From: an uncultured Chloroflexia bacterium
GTDB taxonomy: Bacteria; Chloroflexota; UBA6077; JACCZL01
DNA length: 64,000 nt
NCBI GenBank assembly: GCA_963765765.1
Contig: CAVXYC010000030.1
Coordinates: forward strand, 128,001-192,000
Direction of reading: 5' to 3'
The notes beneath the pieces were generated by a model. That model was not told where the DNA came from. It worked only from the letters and a program-made list of their open reading frames with translations, and ran no database searches. Below, piece by piece: positions 30,643 to 41,818 of this stretch (within the stretch, counting starts at the first letter, position 1; the number at the start of each line of letters is the position of its first letter). The position numbers were made by a program, and so were the translations under genes.

Positions 30643-32659
30643 CTAGGCCTCGCGCTACATCACTCAGAGGCATGTCGAAATGCGTACAGCAAGATTCGTC
30701 CCTGCTCGTCTCTAGCTGTATACGCTTCCTGGAGGTATGGCCTGGATTGCAGCCAACGGTAGTCTTCCTCGAACGCCGGCCCTCGGGCGACTCCGTTTGA
30801 ACGGCGAACTGATTGAAATCGATGATCCAGTCGTAGTTGCCTGAGCGAAGTATGTCATCCGAAAGGTAACGTCGCCGATCACTTGCGATCTCATCCCAGG
30901 CTCGAATGCCGCGGAAGCCGGTAATTCCAAGGTCACCATGCCAGCTTAACTGGTAGGGCTTCGACGTAATCGTCCTATCTTCAGGGGCCACGTTGGATCG
31001 CAGCCACGGCTCGGCCCTACGGAAGGTGGCGACCCGAATGCCGCCGCTGACTCGCTGGTAGTACGGGTCGTCTGGAAACCCGCGAAACTCCCGCTCGCGC
31101 GCAACAAGGGCCAGAACCGCGGTAATGCCCTTTGTGATCGGCCCGCCAGGGATTACCACCAGTCCTAGTGCCAGAATTCCGAACGCCACCAGCAGCGCCG
31201 GCGATAGGCGAGTCGTAAGAGCGCGTAAGCTTTGTCCGATGTACAGGCAGCCGATGCCAAAGAACACCGCGCACGACGGCATGATTGGCAGGAACATGCG
31301 TGGCAGAAAGCTCACCTGCTCCAAGCGCAGTGCAAAAAATCCTATGGTCGTGGCAATGTAGATCGCCTGACTTGCCAGAAATGCTTGGAGAAGGCGAGAG
31401 TCGCCCGCGCTTGGCTCGTTCGTCTCGTGATCGTGGGGCAGCGACTTGCGCGAGAAGCTCAGAGATGCAAAGAGCACCATCAGTGTCATAACGGCCGCGG
31501 CCAGCAGCGCATCCCAGGCTGCGGAAGCGACAATTTGCCCGAGAAATAGGGCCGCCGGAATGGTGACGGCGACCAGCATCGTGACGGTTCTCCGAGACAA
31601 CTTCAGGCATCGATGCTGTGGAACAGTAATGGCCAGACAAACCGACCCGACCAGGCCGATCGCGACAATTGCTCCGCCAACCACATTGACGCCAAACGCG
31701 CTGCCAAACCATTCGAGGCCGAACGAGCCTGTCCTGAGTGCGTTCGACAGTGACGTGATCCACGAGCCGCCAGCGGATTCATCGAGAGAGGGCGCAAGCG
31801 GAGGAAGCCCATCGAGGCTAGATGGCTCGGCTAACGATCCGCCGATGACCGCCAAGACAATCGCTCGGGGCACCCCGAGCCCAAACGCGCTCAGGATGAC
31901 CGCGACCATCAGCCCACATCCGAGAGTGACCACCGACATGGACGTGACGCGGAGAGACGCCGCGGTGTATCTGATGGAAGCGGTATAGAGCACCGCCAGA
32001 GCCGGAGCTATGACAAGCGGCAGGTGCTCTTTTGTGAGGAATCCCGCTCCCAGCGCGGCAGCGGCCAGCCAGATTCCCGAGCTCACGCCGCGCAGCCACA
32101 TTGCCAGACCCAGGAAGACGAGCGTGCTGGTGAAGGCGAGTTGACTATCAGGGAGAAATGCCGCGGAGGCTTGCCAGAACCCTGGCATAACCGCCAGGCC
32201 CGCGGCCGCTGAGAACGCTGAGCCTAACGGCAAGCCGGTACACCTCATGAGCAGGTACAGGGTTGGAACCGTTGCCGCGTTGAACATGAGCTGAAGCCCC
32301 CGCCCGGCCTGAAGTGGGTCATTACCGGCGACGATCGCCCCGAAAGCGGCGAAAACCGGCACCAGCGGATGGTGCACCACAATATCGCGGAAACTCATGC
32401 CTGATGTTCCACTCGCGATGCGTATCCATTCCTGAGCGGTAATCGAGTACCGGTACTCATCGGTCGATATGCCCGATGAGAACAGCCCAGAGGTGGCAAG
32501 ACGGAGCGAGAGCGAGAATGCCAGCAGCATCGCGACGGCGACGGCATCGATAACGGCACTTGCCTGAAACGTGCGGCTCGCGCGATTCGGGCTCAAAGCG
32601 AGCCATGGATACGTCCGCTCGCCAGCGCCTGCACTATCAGAATGTTGCCCGATCATCAA
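30643..32659 (-). CDS. GT-C-like multi-pass membrane glycosyltransferase (3' frameshift)
   Basis: STDEYRY, HHPLVP, LPDSQL, FLTKE motifs of ArnT/PMT_2-like proteins; many TM helices. Confidence 0.7.
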
Positions 32660-32798
32660 ATGCTAGCCACCGCGCCGGCCAACCGATCGTGGAGCGTCCG
32701 ATTACAATCAGGATCGCCCATCATGACGTCCTCGCGCGATTCCAGGATCGCGTTGGTCATGATCGGTACTTCCGTATCCGGACTATGGGGCACCCCGA

Positions 32799-34325
32799 CT
32801 AGCTGGTCCAGAGCGAGCGGAGTTTGCGCTTCCAGGGCATCCATTTCAACTGGCGAAAGCCTACAACACACATTTGAAGCAGAAGAATGCCGTGTTTGAA
32901 CGGCTGCACCTTCGTGTGGCCGGCAACCCTCGCACGATACCGAACGGGCATCTCGACCAGGGGAAGCTTGAGGCGCGCAGCGCCAAATAAGAGGTCGAAG
33001 TCTCCAAAAGGGTCGAAGTCACCGAACTCTTTCCGCGCCGCGGCAATCTTCTCGTAGTCCGATTTACGCAAGACCTTCGTTCCGCACAGTGTGTCCTTAA
33101 TACGCTGTCCAAGGAGCCAGGTAAACACCAGACTAAAGAACTTATTTCCGAAGAGGTTGACAATACGCATCGCCTCGTGCTCCATTGGATAGACGAGCCG
33201 CGAGCCGTTAACGAATCGACCTCGACCTTCAGCCAGCGCCAGGTAAAAGCGCGGCAGGTCTTCTGGAGGCACAGTGAGATCGGCATCGAGAATCATGAGC
33301 ACGTCTCCGTTGGCCGCCGCGAAACCCTTGCGTACCGCGTCTCCCTTGCCCGCCGCCAGCATCGTCACTTTTCCGTTTGACGTCGATTGGACCTCCGGCG
33401 CGGGCGTTTCCACTTGGTCGATCAGCTTGATGTCTTTGCCGGGATGACGGTCGATCTGCTCCAGGATCGCATCGCGGGTGCCGTCGGTCGAGGCGCCGTC
33501 TACGAAGATCAGCTCCGTATGTGTGCCCATATCGGGCAGGCGCTCAACGGCGTCGGCGATGTTGCCCAGCTCATTCCGACAGGGCACGATGACGGTGCAA
33601 GACAGCGGGGCGGGCTCGGGCAGCGGCCGTGGTCGCGCCACGACGCTGTGCACCAGCGCCAGGTGATGGAGCGGTCCCACGTTCACGAGTACATTGTTCG
33701 CCAACGGTTCTATGATCGGTACGTTCTTTGGAAACAGCAGCCCGACATCAAGCCGCTCCACATCAAAATTGCAGACGTCAAGCAGGTTGGTGACGTCGCC
33801 CTTGCCCAGCCAGTTCAGATTCGGCTGAGGACGCTTCAGGCCCATTAACTCAGCGGCCTTCAGCACGGGCTCCCAGACGAAGTTGTAGAACGTCATCACG
33901 AGACGTGTATCGGAATTGGACTGCTCGTGGAGCCGTCGCAGGAACGCCCATAGATCAGGGATCTCGCCCACTAGATCCGGGAGAAGGATGTAATCGAACG
34001 GACGATCCAGCCGAATGTTCTCCGGCTTTTCGATCAGGATTTCGAGATTCGGATAATGTTGGCGTGCGGTGGCCGCCAGGCGAGCATCCTGCGTAATTCC
34101 TAATCCGTCGCTAGGCTTCACTCGGCTCAGCAGATCGCCTGCCTCGCAGTGGAGATCGAGCACTCGCAAGCCTGGGGGCACTATTGAAGCAATGTGACGC
34201 TCCACCCACTCGTGATAGTGGCGGTTCCGCATGCGCCAGTAGAGTCGGTCAGTCCGGCGAATGGCCGGGCTGGCGGGGGATGTGCGGTTTAAGGTCTTGA
34301 GAGTCATTAGACATGCGCAGCGCAT
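32799..34325 (-). CDS. Fusion of a degenerate class I SAM methyltransferase and a GT2 glycosyltransferase
   Basis: RVLDLHC..GDLL MTase-like N-terminus; VPCRNE, FVDGASTDGT, ILDADL, DTLCGTK, DPFGDFDLLFGA. Confidence 0.9.
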   Translation of the reverse strand: MRCACLMTLKTLNRTSPASPAIRRTDRLYWRMRNRHYHEWVERHIASIVPPGLRVLDLHCEAGDLLSRVKPSDGLGITQDARLAATARQHYPNLEILIEKPENIRLDRPFDYILLPDLVGEIPDLWAFLRRLHEQSNSDTRLVMTFYNFVWEPVLKAAELMGLKRPQPNLNWLGKGDVTNLLDVCNFDVERLDVGLLFPKNVPIIEPLANNVLVNVGPLHHLALVHSVVARPRPLPEPAPLSCTVIVPCRNELGNIADAVERLPDMGTHTELIFVDGASTDGTRDAILEQIDRHPGKDIKLIDQVETPAPEVQSTSNGKVTMLAAGKGDAVRKGFAAANGDVLMILDADLTVPPEDLPRFYLALAEGRGRFVNGSRLVYPMEHEAMRIVNLFGNKFFSLVFTWLLGQRIKDTLCGTKVLRKSDYEKIAAARKEFGDFDPFGDFDLLFGAARLKLPLVEMPVRYRARVAGHTKVQPFKHGILLLQMCVVGFRQLKWMPWKRKLRSLWTS

Positions 34326-34703
34326 GAGCCACGGCGCTGGGACATCACATCATGGCAGGCCACGCGCCTGGATTTCAATTTGAAAGAAGTGCGGTTGGTA
34401 ACGTGAGACTGGCGCTAGCGAAACGCGGCGACGCCGATCACCCGATCGCGGGCGATCGGCCAGGTGAATGCGCGCCCCGTCGTGTGATGCATAGCCCGTT
34501 ACTGATCTTTCGGCACCATTCAACAAATATGAGGGCGGTCGCAGATTGATACGCACCGAACTGAAGGCCGTTCTTCACGACGATCCCTGTGGTCTCGCGA
34601 GGATGGACTTTATCTAGAGGACCCGGGTTTGCATCCAACTGCTGCGTCTGGGGGTGTAAAGATCAATCCCGTATCTGGTGGGCGCAAGAAAATTGCTGTC
34701 TGA

Positions 34704-36200
34704 TTAGTAGGCGCCTCGCCCATGGATGACGGCCCAGAGTGTTCGCGCCAGAATCTTGACATCCAGCCCCAGCGAGTAGTTGTAGATGTAATAAAGGTCA
34801 TAATCCGTGTGCCAGTGCATTGGGAGACCCCTTCCCTGCACTTGCCACCAGCCGGTGATGCCGGGGCGAACTTCCAGCCGACGACGCTGCCAAGGTCTAT
34901 AGGCTTCGACGATAAACGGCTGTTCCGGTCGCGGCCCCACGAGGCTCATGTCGCCACGCAAGACATTGACCAACTGTGGAAGCTCATCCAGGCTGGTTCG
35001 ACGAAGAAACCGCCCCAGACTGGTTACACGCGGATCATCGGCGTACTTGTACACCGGCTGTCCAGAGCCATCGAGCTCTCGCGGCTCAGGTGGTGGTGCG
35101 CCATCACGCATTGTTCGGAATTTGTACATGGTGAAGATGCGTCCGTTCTGGCCCACTCGCGATGCGCGGAAAAGAATTGGCCCGGACGAGTCCAGACGCA
35201 CGGCCAGTGCGATAACCGCGATCAGTGGAGCGATGAGCACGAGCAGCACGGCGCTGAGCGCCACGTCCAGGGAGCGTTTCGCGGCTTGCTCAACGGCCTG
35301 CATGGCCGGGTCGCGAAGATAGATCACCGGGATACCACCCACATTCTCTACCCGGGCCTGCGTGGCAGCGTACTCCATGACATCAGGAACCATCCGCACG
35401 CCCACGCCCGCCTCTCGCAATCGCGCAATCAGCTCGGATGTCCGCAGGCTGCTATTTGGCGGTAATGCCAGAACAACTTCATGAATCTCGTGTTCGCGGG
35501 CACACCAGGCCAGCAGCGCCGGTGTCGTCCCCTCGCCCAGTACGGGCTCGCGCTCTCGCCAGACATCCACTGCGTTGTCTTCATGTTCGCCAGCATCAAT
35601 GAAACCAACCAACTGGCTACGTGGGATGCTGCCCCACCGTGCGCGGCGAAGACTGTGGGCGATCGTCCGCGCGACGGGACCGGTGCCCACCACGGCGACG
35701 CGCTGCTGCATGGGAATTGCCCAACGAACGAGGGACGTCAGAATCAACCGTACCGCGATTACCCCGAGCGTGCTCAATACGAAGAAATACGCGAACAGTA
35801 AACGCGAAACATCGCGAAATGTCAGATAGAGAGCGCCCGCAAAGAGAGCCGCGACGGCGATTGAAACGCCGGTCGCTCGAATACACTGTGCCGAGAGATG
35901 GATCGACCGATCGATGCGGTAGAGCTCCAGCTGTGCGGAAGCACCGACCCAAATGGTCAGGACCATGAAGGTGATGAGCGAATCTAAGCTTTCTATCTCG
36001 GAAGAAATCGTCTGCCCGAAGCCCAGCGTGGTACGCGCCCGTTCTGCAAGCGCGAGAGCCAGGAGGATGATGACGACATCGAGAATTCGGGCCGCGAGAC
36101 CGTAAAACGCGAGTCCCGACCGGAATGACTCGCCGACTACGCCCGAACGGTCGAGCGTTCGGCCTGTGGAGTTTGCGACGCGCGTAGCCGATGACAGCAA
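34704..36200 (-). CDS. Priming sugar transferase (WcaJ/WbaP-like polyprenyl-phosphate glycosylphosphotransferase)
   Basis: N-terminal TMs, Rossmann-like domain, KFRTM, DDPRVT, SLDELPQL, GDMSLVGPRP, PGITGWWQV. Confidence 0.95.
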   Translation of the reverse strand: MLSSATRVANSTGRTLDRSGVVGESFRSGLAFYGLAARILDVVIILLALALAERARTTLGFGQTISSEIESLDSLITFMVLTIWVGASAQLELYRIDRSIHLSAQCIRATGVSIAVAALFAGALYLTFRDVSRLLFAYFFVLSTLGVIAVRLILTSLVRWAIPMQQRVAVVGTGPVARTIAHSLRRARWGSIPRSQLVGFIDAGEHEDNAVDVWREREPVLGEGTTPALLAWCAREHEIHEVVLALPPNSSLRTSELIARLREAGVGVRMVPDVMEYAATQARVENVGGIPVIYLRDPAMQAVEQAAKRSLDVALSAVLLVLIAPLIAVIALAVRLDSSGPILFRASRVGQNGRIFTMYKFRTMRDGAPPPEPRELDGSGQPVYKYADDPRVTSLGRFLRRTSLDELPQLVNVLRGDMSLVGPRPEQPFIVEAYRPWQRRRLEVRPGITGWWQVQGRGLPMHWHTDYDLYYIYNYSLGLDVKILARTLWAVIHGRGAY

Positions 36201-36510
36201 TACAAGCTCTTTCGTGCGCGGCCTAAGGGGGAGTGGCTGACGACGGCATATCGGTCTCTGGATGAGACACTGCTGATCAGTTGGCCTATCCTACTGGATG
36301 CTTGAGATGCGATCAATAGTGGAGAGACGCACCCAGAAGCGCTAAAACGGACGTTTTGCGCGACGGATGCAGAAAGCGTCGATTGAGCGATTGCTCCTTG
36401 GCGTAGTCGCACCGGGCGGCGCCTAAAGACCGGCGGAGGCCTCTCCCCGGTCTTTAGAGCGGCAAACTTAGTCGAATTGGTTGTCGATGCTCGCTGGCTC
36501 ACCCCGGCCG

Positions 36511-37530
36511 CTATTTCGCGCCGTTCCAATAAGCAAAGCCCATGGCGTTGCCCGTGCCAGCGATTGAGCGATAGCACGGCTGGAAATCGACCAGTGACAT
36601 CTCCAGATCGCCATCCGCCATGGCTCCTGCAAGGGCGATCCAGTTGCGGATCTCCGATGTGCCCGAATTGAATCGATCCCGAGGCATGTTCATGAGCGCC
36701 TCGTCGTCCTTCTCGCGGAACGCGTTCAGGACCATCTCGTCGATGTCTTCCTCAACAACGAAATGGGTCAGGCCGCCGGAGGCGAACACAGCCACGGTCT
36801 TATCGCTGTCCCACTCGCGGATTGCTTTACCGATCGACTTGCCCAGCTTGTAGCTGCGACGAAGCGTCGGCTGGTTGGGTGGGTAGAAGGTATTGATGAA
36901 GACGGGCACGTTCGGCGGGACATTGTCGTGCATGATCCGACGGTAGACGAAGCCGTAGGCATGCGGAATGGACGGATGCTCGTGCCGGCCCTGAGGAAGC
37001 TGGTTGAAATGGCTGACGTCGAACTCGTCGTCCATCAGTGTGCTGAGCATGGTGGTGGCCAGGTCCGGTGCCCCTGAGATCTCCATCGGCTCGGGCGGTG
37101 AGTGCCCCCAATTGGCTATAGCAATGCCGGGCGGCATCTTGGCCAACTCCTCTTCCGTGGGGGCCTGATTCATGAACTTGTCCCCCCAGAAGACCGCGAA
37201 GGCCGGCATGTTTGTGTCGTGGAACAGCTCGCGCTGATCGTCGCCGATGATCACGCAAACGTCCGGCTTGACCCGCTCAACGACCTCCGCAAGCTGGTCG
37301 ATTGCCTTCTGACAGGCCGTGTGACGGGCCTCCATCTTCTCAGGAGTGATCTCGTTTTCGAGCTTCTCGTCGCGACGCAGGTCAACGAGCTCGTCAAACG
37401 TGACGTTCTTGCCCTTGAACCACAGCTCGGAGCTGCGCTTGTCCGCCTGAACCCGCTGATCCCATTGCTGCCAGGGCGTGCTCAGCATCGGGCCATGCGA
37501 AGTGGCCACGCCGAGAACTATGTTCGCCAT
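36511..37530 (-). CDS. LigB-family extradiol dioxygenase, DesZ/LigZ-like
   Basis: GVATSHGPML, GDDQ.E, PHAYGFVYRRIM, NTFYPPNQP, ASGGLTHFV, PCYRS.AGTG.AMGF. Confidence 0.88.
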   Translation of the reverse strand: MANIVLGVATSHGPMLSTPWQQWDQRVQADKRSSELWFKGKNVTFDELVDLRRDEKLENEITPEKMEARHTACQKAIDQLAEVVERVKPDVCVIIGDDQRELFHDTNMPAFAVFWGDKFMNQAPTEEELAKMPPGIAIANWGHSPPEPMEISGAPDLATTMLSTLMDDEFDVSHFNQLPQGRHEHPSIPHAYGFVYRRIMHDNVPPNVPVFINTFYPPNQPTLRRSYKLGKSIGKAIREWDSDKTVAVFASGGLTHFVVEEDIDEMVLNAFREKDDEALMNMPRDRFNSGTSEIRNWIALAGAMADGDLEMSLVDFQPCYRSIAGTGNAMGFAYWNGAK

Positions 37531-37737
37531 CGCTCAATCCTCCTCAGTTTCGTACGCCCCCGCGAACGCTGGCAGAGGCAGGAAGGGCCAATAATCGCGG
37601 CTTCGAGCCGCTGAGAGATTCTACCGCCGCAACGCATCTTGGCGTGAACGAATCAAACTCCCTCGTGGCGCGGGGCTCTGTGTCCGCCGGTCATCACGCC
37701 GGGCATTGGCGGGTACCCACGCCACCGGAAAACGGCC

Positions 37738-38733
37738 TTATGTCCCCATGATAGACGGGGCAAACACCTCCTCGAGACTCATGACCCGCGGTGTCAAGCC
37801 CTGCTCATTGGACCACTTTGTCACGGTCTCGAGTACATTGCGATTGGCCTTGATTCCGTATGGGTACGGGTCGATCTCGAGATTCGTCTGGTCTTCGGAC
37901 GGAAGAAGTCCCAGGTCGCTATACACGGTCGACAGGCTGAGCAGCCTATCCCGGGCCGAGTTCTTGGCCTTCTCAAACGCGTCGAAGATACTCTGAGCAA
38001 CCCAGGGGTTCTGATCGAGAATCGAGCGACGTACGATAACCCCGTGGTTGATTGGGAAGAGTCCCGTACTCTTGTAGAAACGCGCCCCCTCGGCCTCGCG
38101 ATCAGGAAAGAGAGGCTTAATCAGAGGGTTTCCGCTGAGCTCTACGCGGCTGCGATCCACCAGATTTGAATCAGTCAAGTAGAGCAATGTGGCATCCAGC
38201 TCATCATTCAACAGCATGGAGCCGATGCTCTTCTCTGCTGGAATCTTATTGAAGTTGAGACCCGGTGGTGGCGTGAAGCCGGTGGCGCCACCGTGACTCA
38301 GCTCACCTACCCGCTCCATCCACCATTCGCAGTCCATCGGATCCACGCCAAACTCGTGCTTGAGTGCCCCCCGGGCCCAGAGCGCGGCGGTCTGCTGATA
38401 CTCCGGCACACCCACGCGCTTGCCTTTGAGGTCCTCAGGCTTATTGATGCCCTTGTCGGTCCGCACCAGAACTCCCGTGTGGAAGAACTGTCGCGACGTG
38501 AAGATGGGCAACGCCCACCACGGCGACTTGCCGCTAGCGGTGAGCATCAGAAGCGATGACAGCGACATCTCCGAAACGTCGAACTCCGCAAATCGAAGCT
38601 GGCGCCAGAAGAGCTCTGAGCCATGCACCGCGGTACTGCGAAGCTCGATTCCCTCAGGCTCGATGAGCCCATCGAGCACGGGCCGCGTCCGCACATTCGA
38701 GCCGAAGCCCAGACTTATTGGTAGTTGCGCCAT
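37738..38733 (-). CDS. 4,5-dihydroxyphthalate decarboxylase-like (Pht5/OphC-like PBP-fold) protein
   Basis: FWRQL..EFDVSEMSLSS, RVGVPEYQQTAALW.RG, FPINH, PYG...NR motifs; SD GGAG upstream. Confidence 0.85.
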   Translation of the reverse strand: MAQLPISLGFGSNVRTRPVLDGLIEPEGIELRSTAVHGSELFWRQLRFAEFDVSEMSLSSLLMLTASGKSPWWALPIFTSRQFFHTGVLVRTDKGINKPEDLKGKRVGVPEYQQTAALWARGALKHEFGVDPMDCEWWMERVGELSHGGATGFTPPPGLNFNKIPAEKSIGSMLLNDELDATLLYLTDSNLVDRSRVELSGNPLIKPLFPDREAEGARFYKSTGLFPINHGVIVRRSILDQNPWVAQSIFDAFEKAKNSARDRLLSLSTVYSDLGLLPSEDQTNLEIDPYPYGIKANRNVLETVTKWSNEQGLTPRVMSLEEVFAPSIMGT

Positions 38734-38752
38734 TGCACCCTCTCCTCGCGCG

Positions 38753-41458
38753 TTAGCTGTGCGGCCTAGTGTACTCGGCCGGGAAGATGATGTCCCGTGG
38801 TGATTGGGCGCGGAGCGAGCCACCCAGAGTGAACTGCCAGACTTTTTCGGGAACGTTGCTCCAGTAGGCCACGTCATTCAAGTAGACATCCGACGTGGAT
38901 TCTGCGAGACATTCGAGTGCTTGCTCGCACGTCATACCCATGGCCGCCGCACCCGTTTCGATGACATGCAGTTCTGCGGGTGTGTACTCGCGCTCGACAC
39001 GCTGCCGGCGGCGCCCATGAGAATTCCGCTGGTTACTACATATCCCCAACGGGCAGTAACATCCAGGTCACTCGCCCCTGGGCTCAAGGAGTGACTCCCA
39101 AGAGCGGTCAGCGGCGCAATCGAGCGAAGCTCAAGGCTAACGGTGCCTGTGGTTACGCCAGGAACCGCCTCTTCCGTACTTTGAAGCATGGCGAGTCTTC
39201 GACCCAGATTCGACGAGCTCTCGAGAATTCCAGCCGTCGCTGGGAGAGGGACGCGGGGCCAGTTGTCGCGCATTGCCTCTCCATTCTCATGCATGTAGAG
39301 AGGAGCAGACCCAACAGCCAGAATGTGCGGCCATATCGGTAGGTTGTGTCGATCCCACTTCGTTGCTCCAGCGAGCTCGAGCTGGGCGATGTAGGCATTG
39401 GCGCGCATACTCAGATTCGGTTGGGGTGAATCGATAACGCCATCACTCGACTCGAACAGTCCTGGCTGCGTTTCGGATGATTTCGAAACATCCCTTATTT
39501 CAAGTGGAATGTAATACGCGTCCTTCAGAAAAGCATGATCATCGCCGAGTATTATGGCAAGGCCCTCATCGCTGGCTACTGCAATGCGACGCGTAACGAC
39601 AAATGCGTTTCCATTCCAGAGTTGGGCCGAATAGGCTGGTCGCGGTTCATTCCAAATGGGGCGAACTGTCGTGTGGTAGCACCACCTGGCATCGAACGGT
39701 AGGACCATGAACCTTTCGATATGGCCCGAATCAAAGCCTTCCCTTGCCATAAGCAATTTGCGGGCAGATTTGGCGTCGAAGCGTGCAGCGTCCGTAGTGA
39801 GACTGGGAACGATTGCACGGGCGGAGTCCCAGTCGATTGTCGGGTCAAGATACTGGCGCATTCGGTGTTCAAGCACGTCGCGCTAGATACTAATCAGCGC
39901 GCCTTTGCGCTTTTCCACAGCGCCCGGAAAAGGTTTCACCTCTCGACAGTTCATTCACACGAGGCCAACTGAGATAGTCTGCAGAGCTCTGTTCAGGGCG
40001 AAACGAGAATCGTGTCGCCTCGACTGGATTCGCAGTGGTGCAGGTCGACAGGGTCGAGCTAGAAGACTTGAGATTTCCGATTAGATCTGAGTGTTTTTCC
40101 ACTCCCCAGAACTGTCGAAACTGCACTGAAGTTGCGGGAGTATGACTCGGGTTGTGCACGATGAGAGCGATGGCTGTGCCGACGCGAATCCCCTCGCGGT
40201 TGTACTCCGTCGAAAACACGATTGGATCAGGCTTTCCCTCGGCTGTTAGCTTTCCCGTTTGTCGGCTATCACCATTCAAGCAGTCGATCCGAACATCATC
40301 GAACGCATTGAGCAGGCGTTCACGCAAAACGACGAAGGAAGCGTCACTCAGGTAGGAGAAATTCGAGATGTAGCAAACCACGCCCCGCCCCGTCTGTTCC
40401 GCCACGCAACGCTCTGCGATACGAAAGAACCGGACGTAAAGGTCATCGAGATTGAACTTCTTGAGATTCCACTTCTTGACCAGGCCTACTTTGTAGGGCT
40501 CGACAAGCCCTTGCTCCTCTTTCGGGCTGACACCCGCGTAAGCGTTATACGGCGGATTGCTCAGGACCACGAGTACGCGGGTGTGACGTTTCACCCGATC
40601 GCCGGCGTCTCGCTCCGCCTCCAACTCCGGAAACATGAGGTGAGTGCGTGCCCCGGTGGGGGTCTCCCAGCCGGTAAGCGAATTCGTGAGGTACACGCCC
40701 GCCCGTTCGGATCCATCATCGGCAAAAGGAGCCCCAATGTTTTGGAGCATCAAACCTAGCTGGAGATGGGCAACCACGAACGGCGCGGCAAGGAGCTCAA
40801 ACCCGAAAATGCGCTCCCGGGCGGCGCGCTTCACATCATCCCCAACTAATGCATCGCCACCATTTTCCAGCAGCGTCCTGTGTACACGCTTGAGCACTTC
40901 AACGAGATATGCTCCCGTACCACAACACGGATCGAGCACGACTACCCTAGGGTCGGCCAACCCATCGGTAATCGATAGCTCTTCACGGAGCGCGCGGTCC
41001 ACCCGCTCCACCATGTACTGAACAACCTCAGGCGGAGTAAACCACACGCCCATTGCTTCGCGCAGCTGAGGATCGAACTCCTTCAGAAATGGTTCGTAGA
41101 AGTACTGCACTGCCAGCCCGGTATCCAAGCGCGTGAAGAACGCGGCGCGGTCAACGCGGTGCAATGTCTCGCCAACCCAATCGAGTAGCTCCTCAAGGTT
41201 CTGCGGGCGCAGCCGAGACGGAATCGCGAGTTGACTGAAATGCGTACTAATCACTGGGACTCTCAGGTGCCACACCGCAGTTCGCCAGTCAAAGTGTGCA
41301 CCGGCCGTTTGTGGGTCGGACTTACTCCACAACACCGAAACAATGGTGGGATTGCGAGCAGCGCCTGAAGTAGTCGTAATGGGTCCTGAGTCAGTTTCGG
41401 TGGCAAACAGCAACTCGATGTTGTCAAGCAGAACGTTCTCAGCGGAGTCATTCGCCAC
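38753..41458 (-). pseudogene. Type IIG/ISP-like restriction-modification gene (N6-adenine MTase plus C-terminal specificity domain), fragmented
   Basis: FYEPFL..FDP, GVWFTP, LDPCCGTG, NPPY, DLYVRFFR; C-terminal PFD.RW, PRVPLP, VW.FTLGG in separate frames. Confidence 0.8.
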
Positions 41459-41818
41459 TACTTTGCCTACATACCACCGATGGGAATCGCTCGCTGCTTC
41501 TCGTGAGCTCGAGCCTTCGCTCCGCGAGTTGAAGGCTTAGATTGAGTCGTAGCTGGTCACGATCAGTGGAGAGCCGAGAGATGCCGCTGTCTCGCGCGAG
41601 CGCGGTGGACCCACGGGCTGGACGAGCCGACAGTCGCAACGGCCGCGTTGTCCAGAGGCGGTCATCAGGTGCGCGAGGCGGTACGTCAGACTGGTAATTG
41701 CTCAACGGCAGATGCCTCGTACCGAACGATTAGGCCAGTTAGACAGCTTGAGAGAGTGGGGCCTAGTGTACTCGCACGGAAGTGAGGTGCGCGACGGCCT
41801 GGGAGTGCTCTGCGACAT

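Noticed and set aside
38734-38877. N-terminal extension of the Pht5-like ORF (apparent fusion to R-M sequence)
   Set aside because: It is off-frame read-through from the R-M remnant; the SD supports the ATG at 38733
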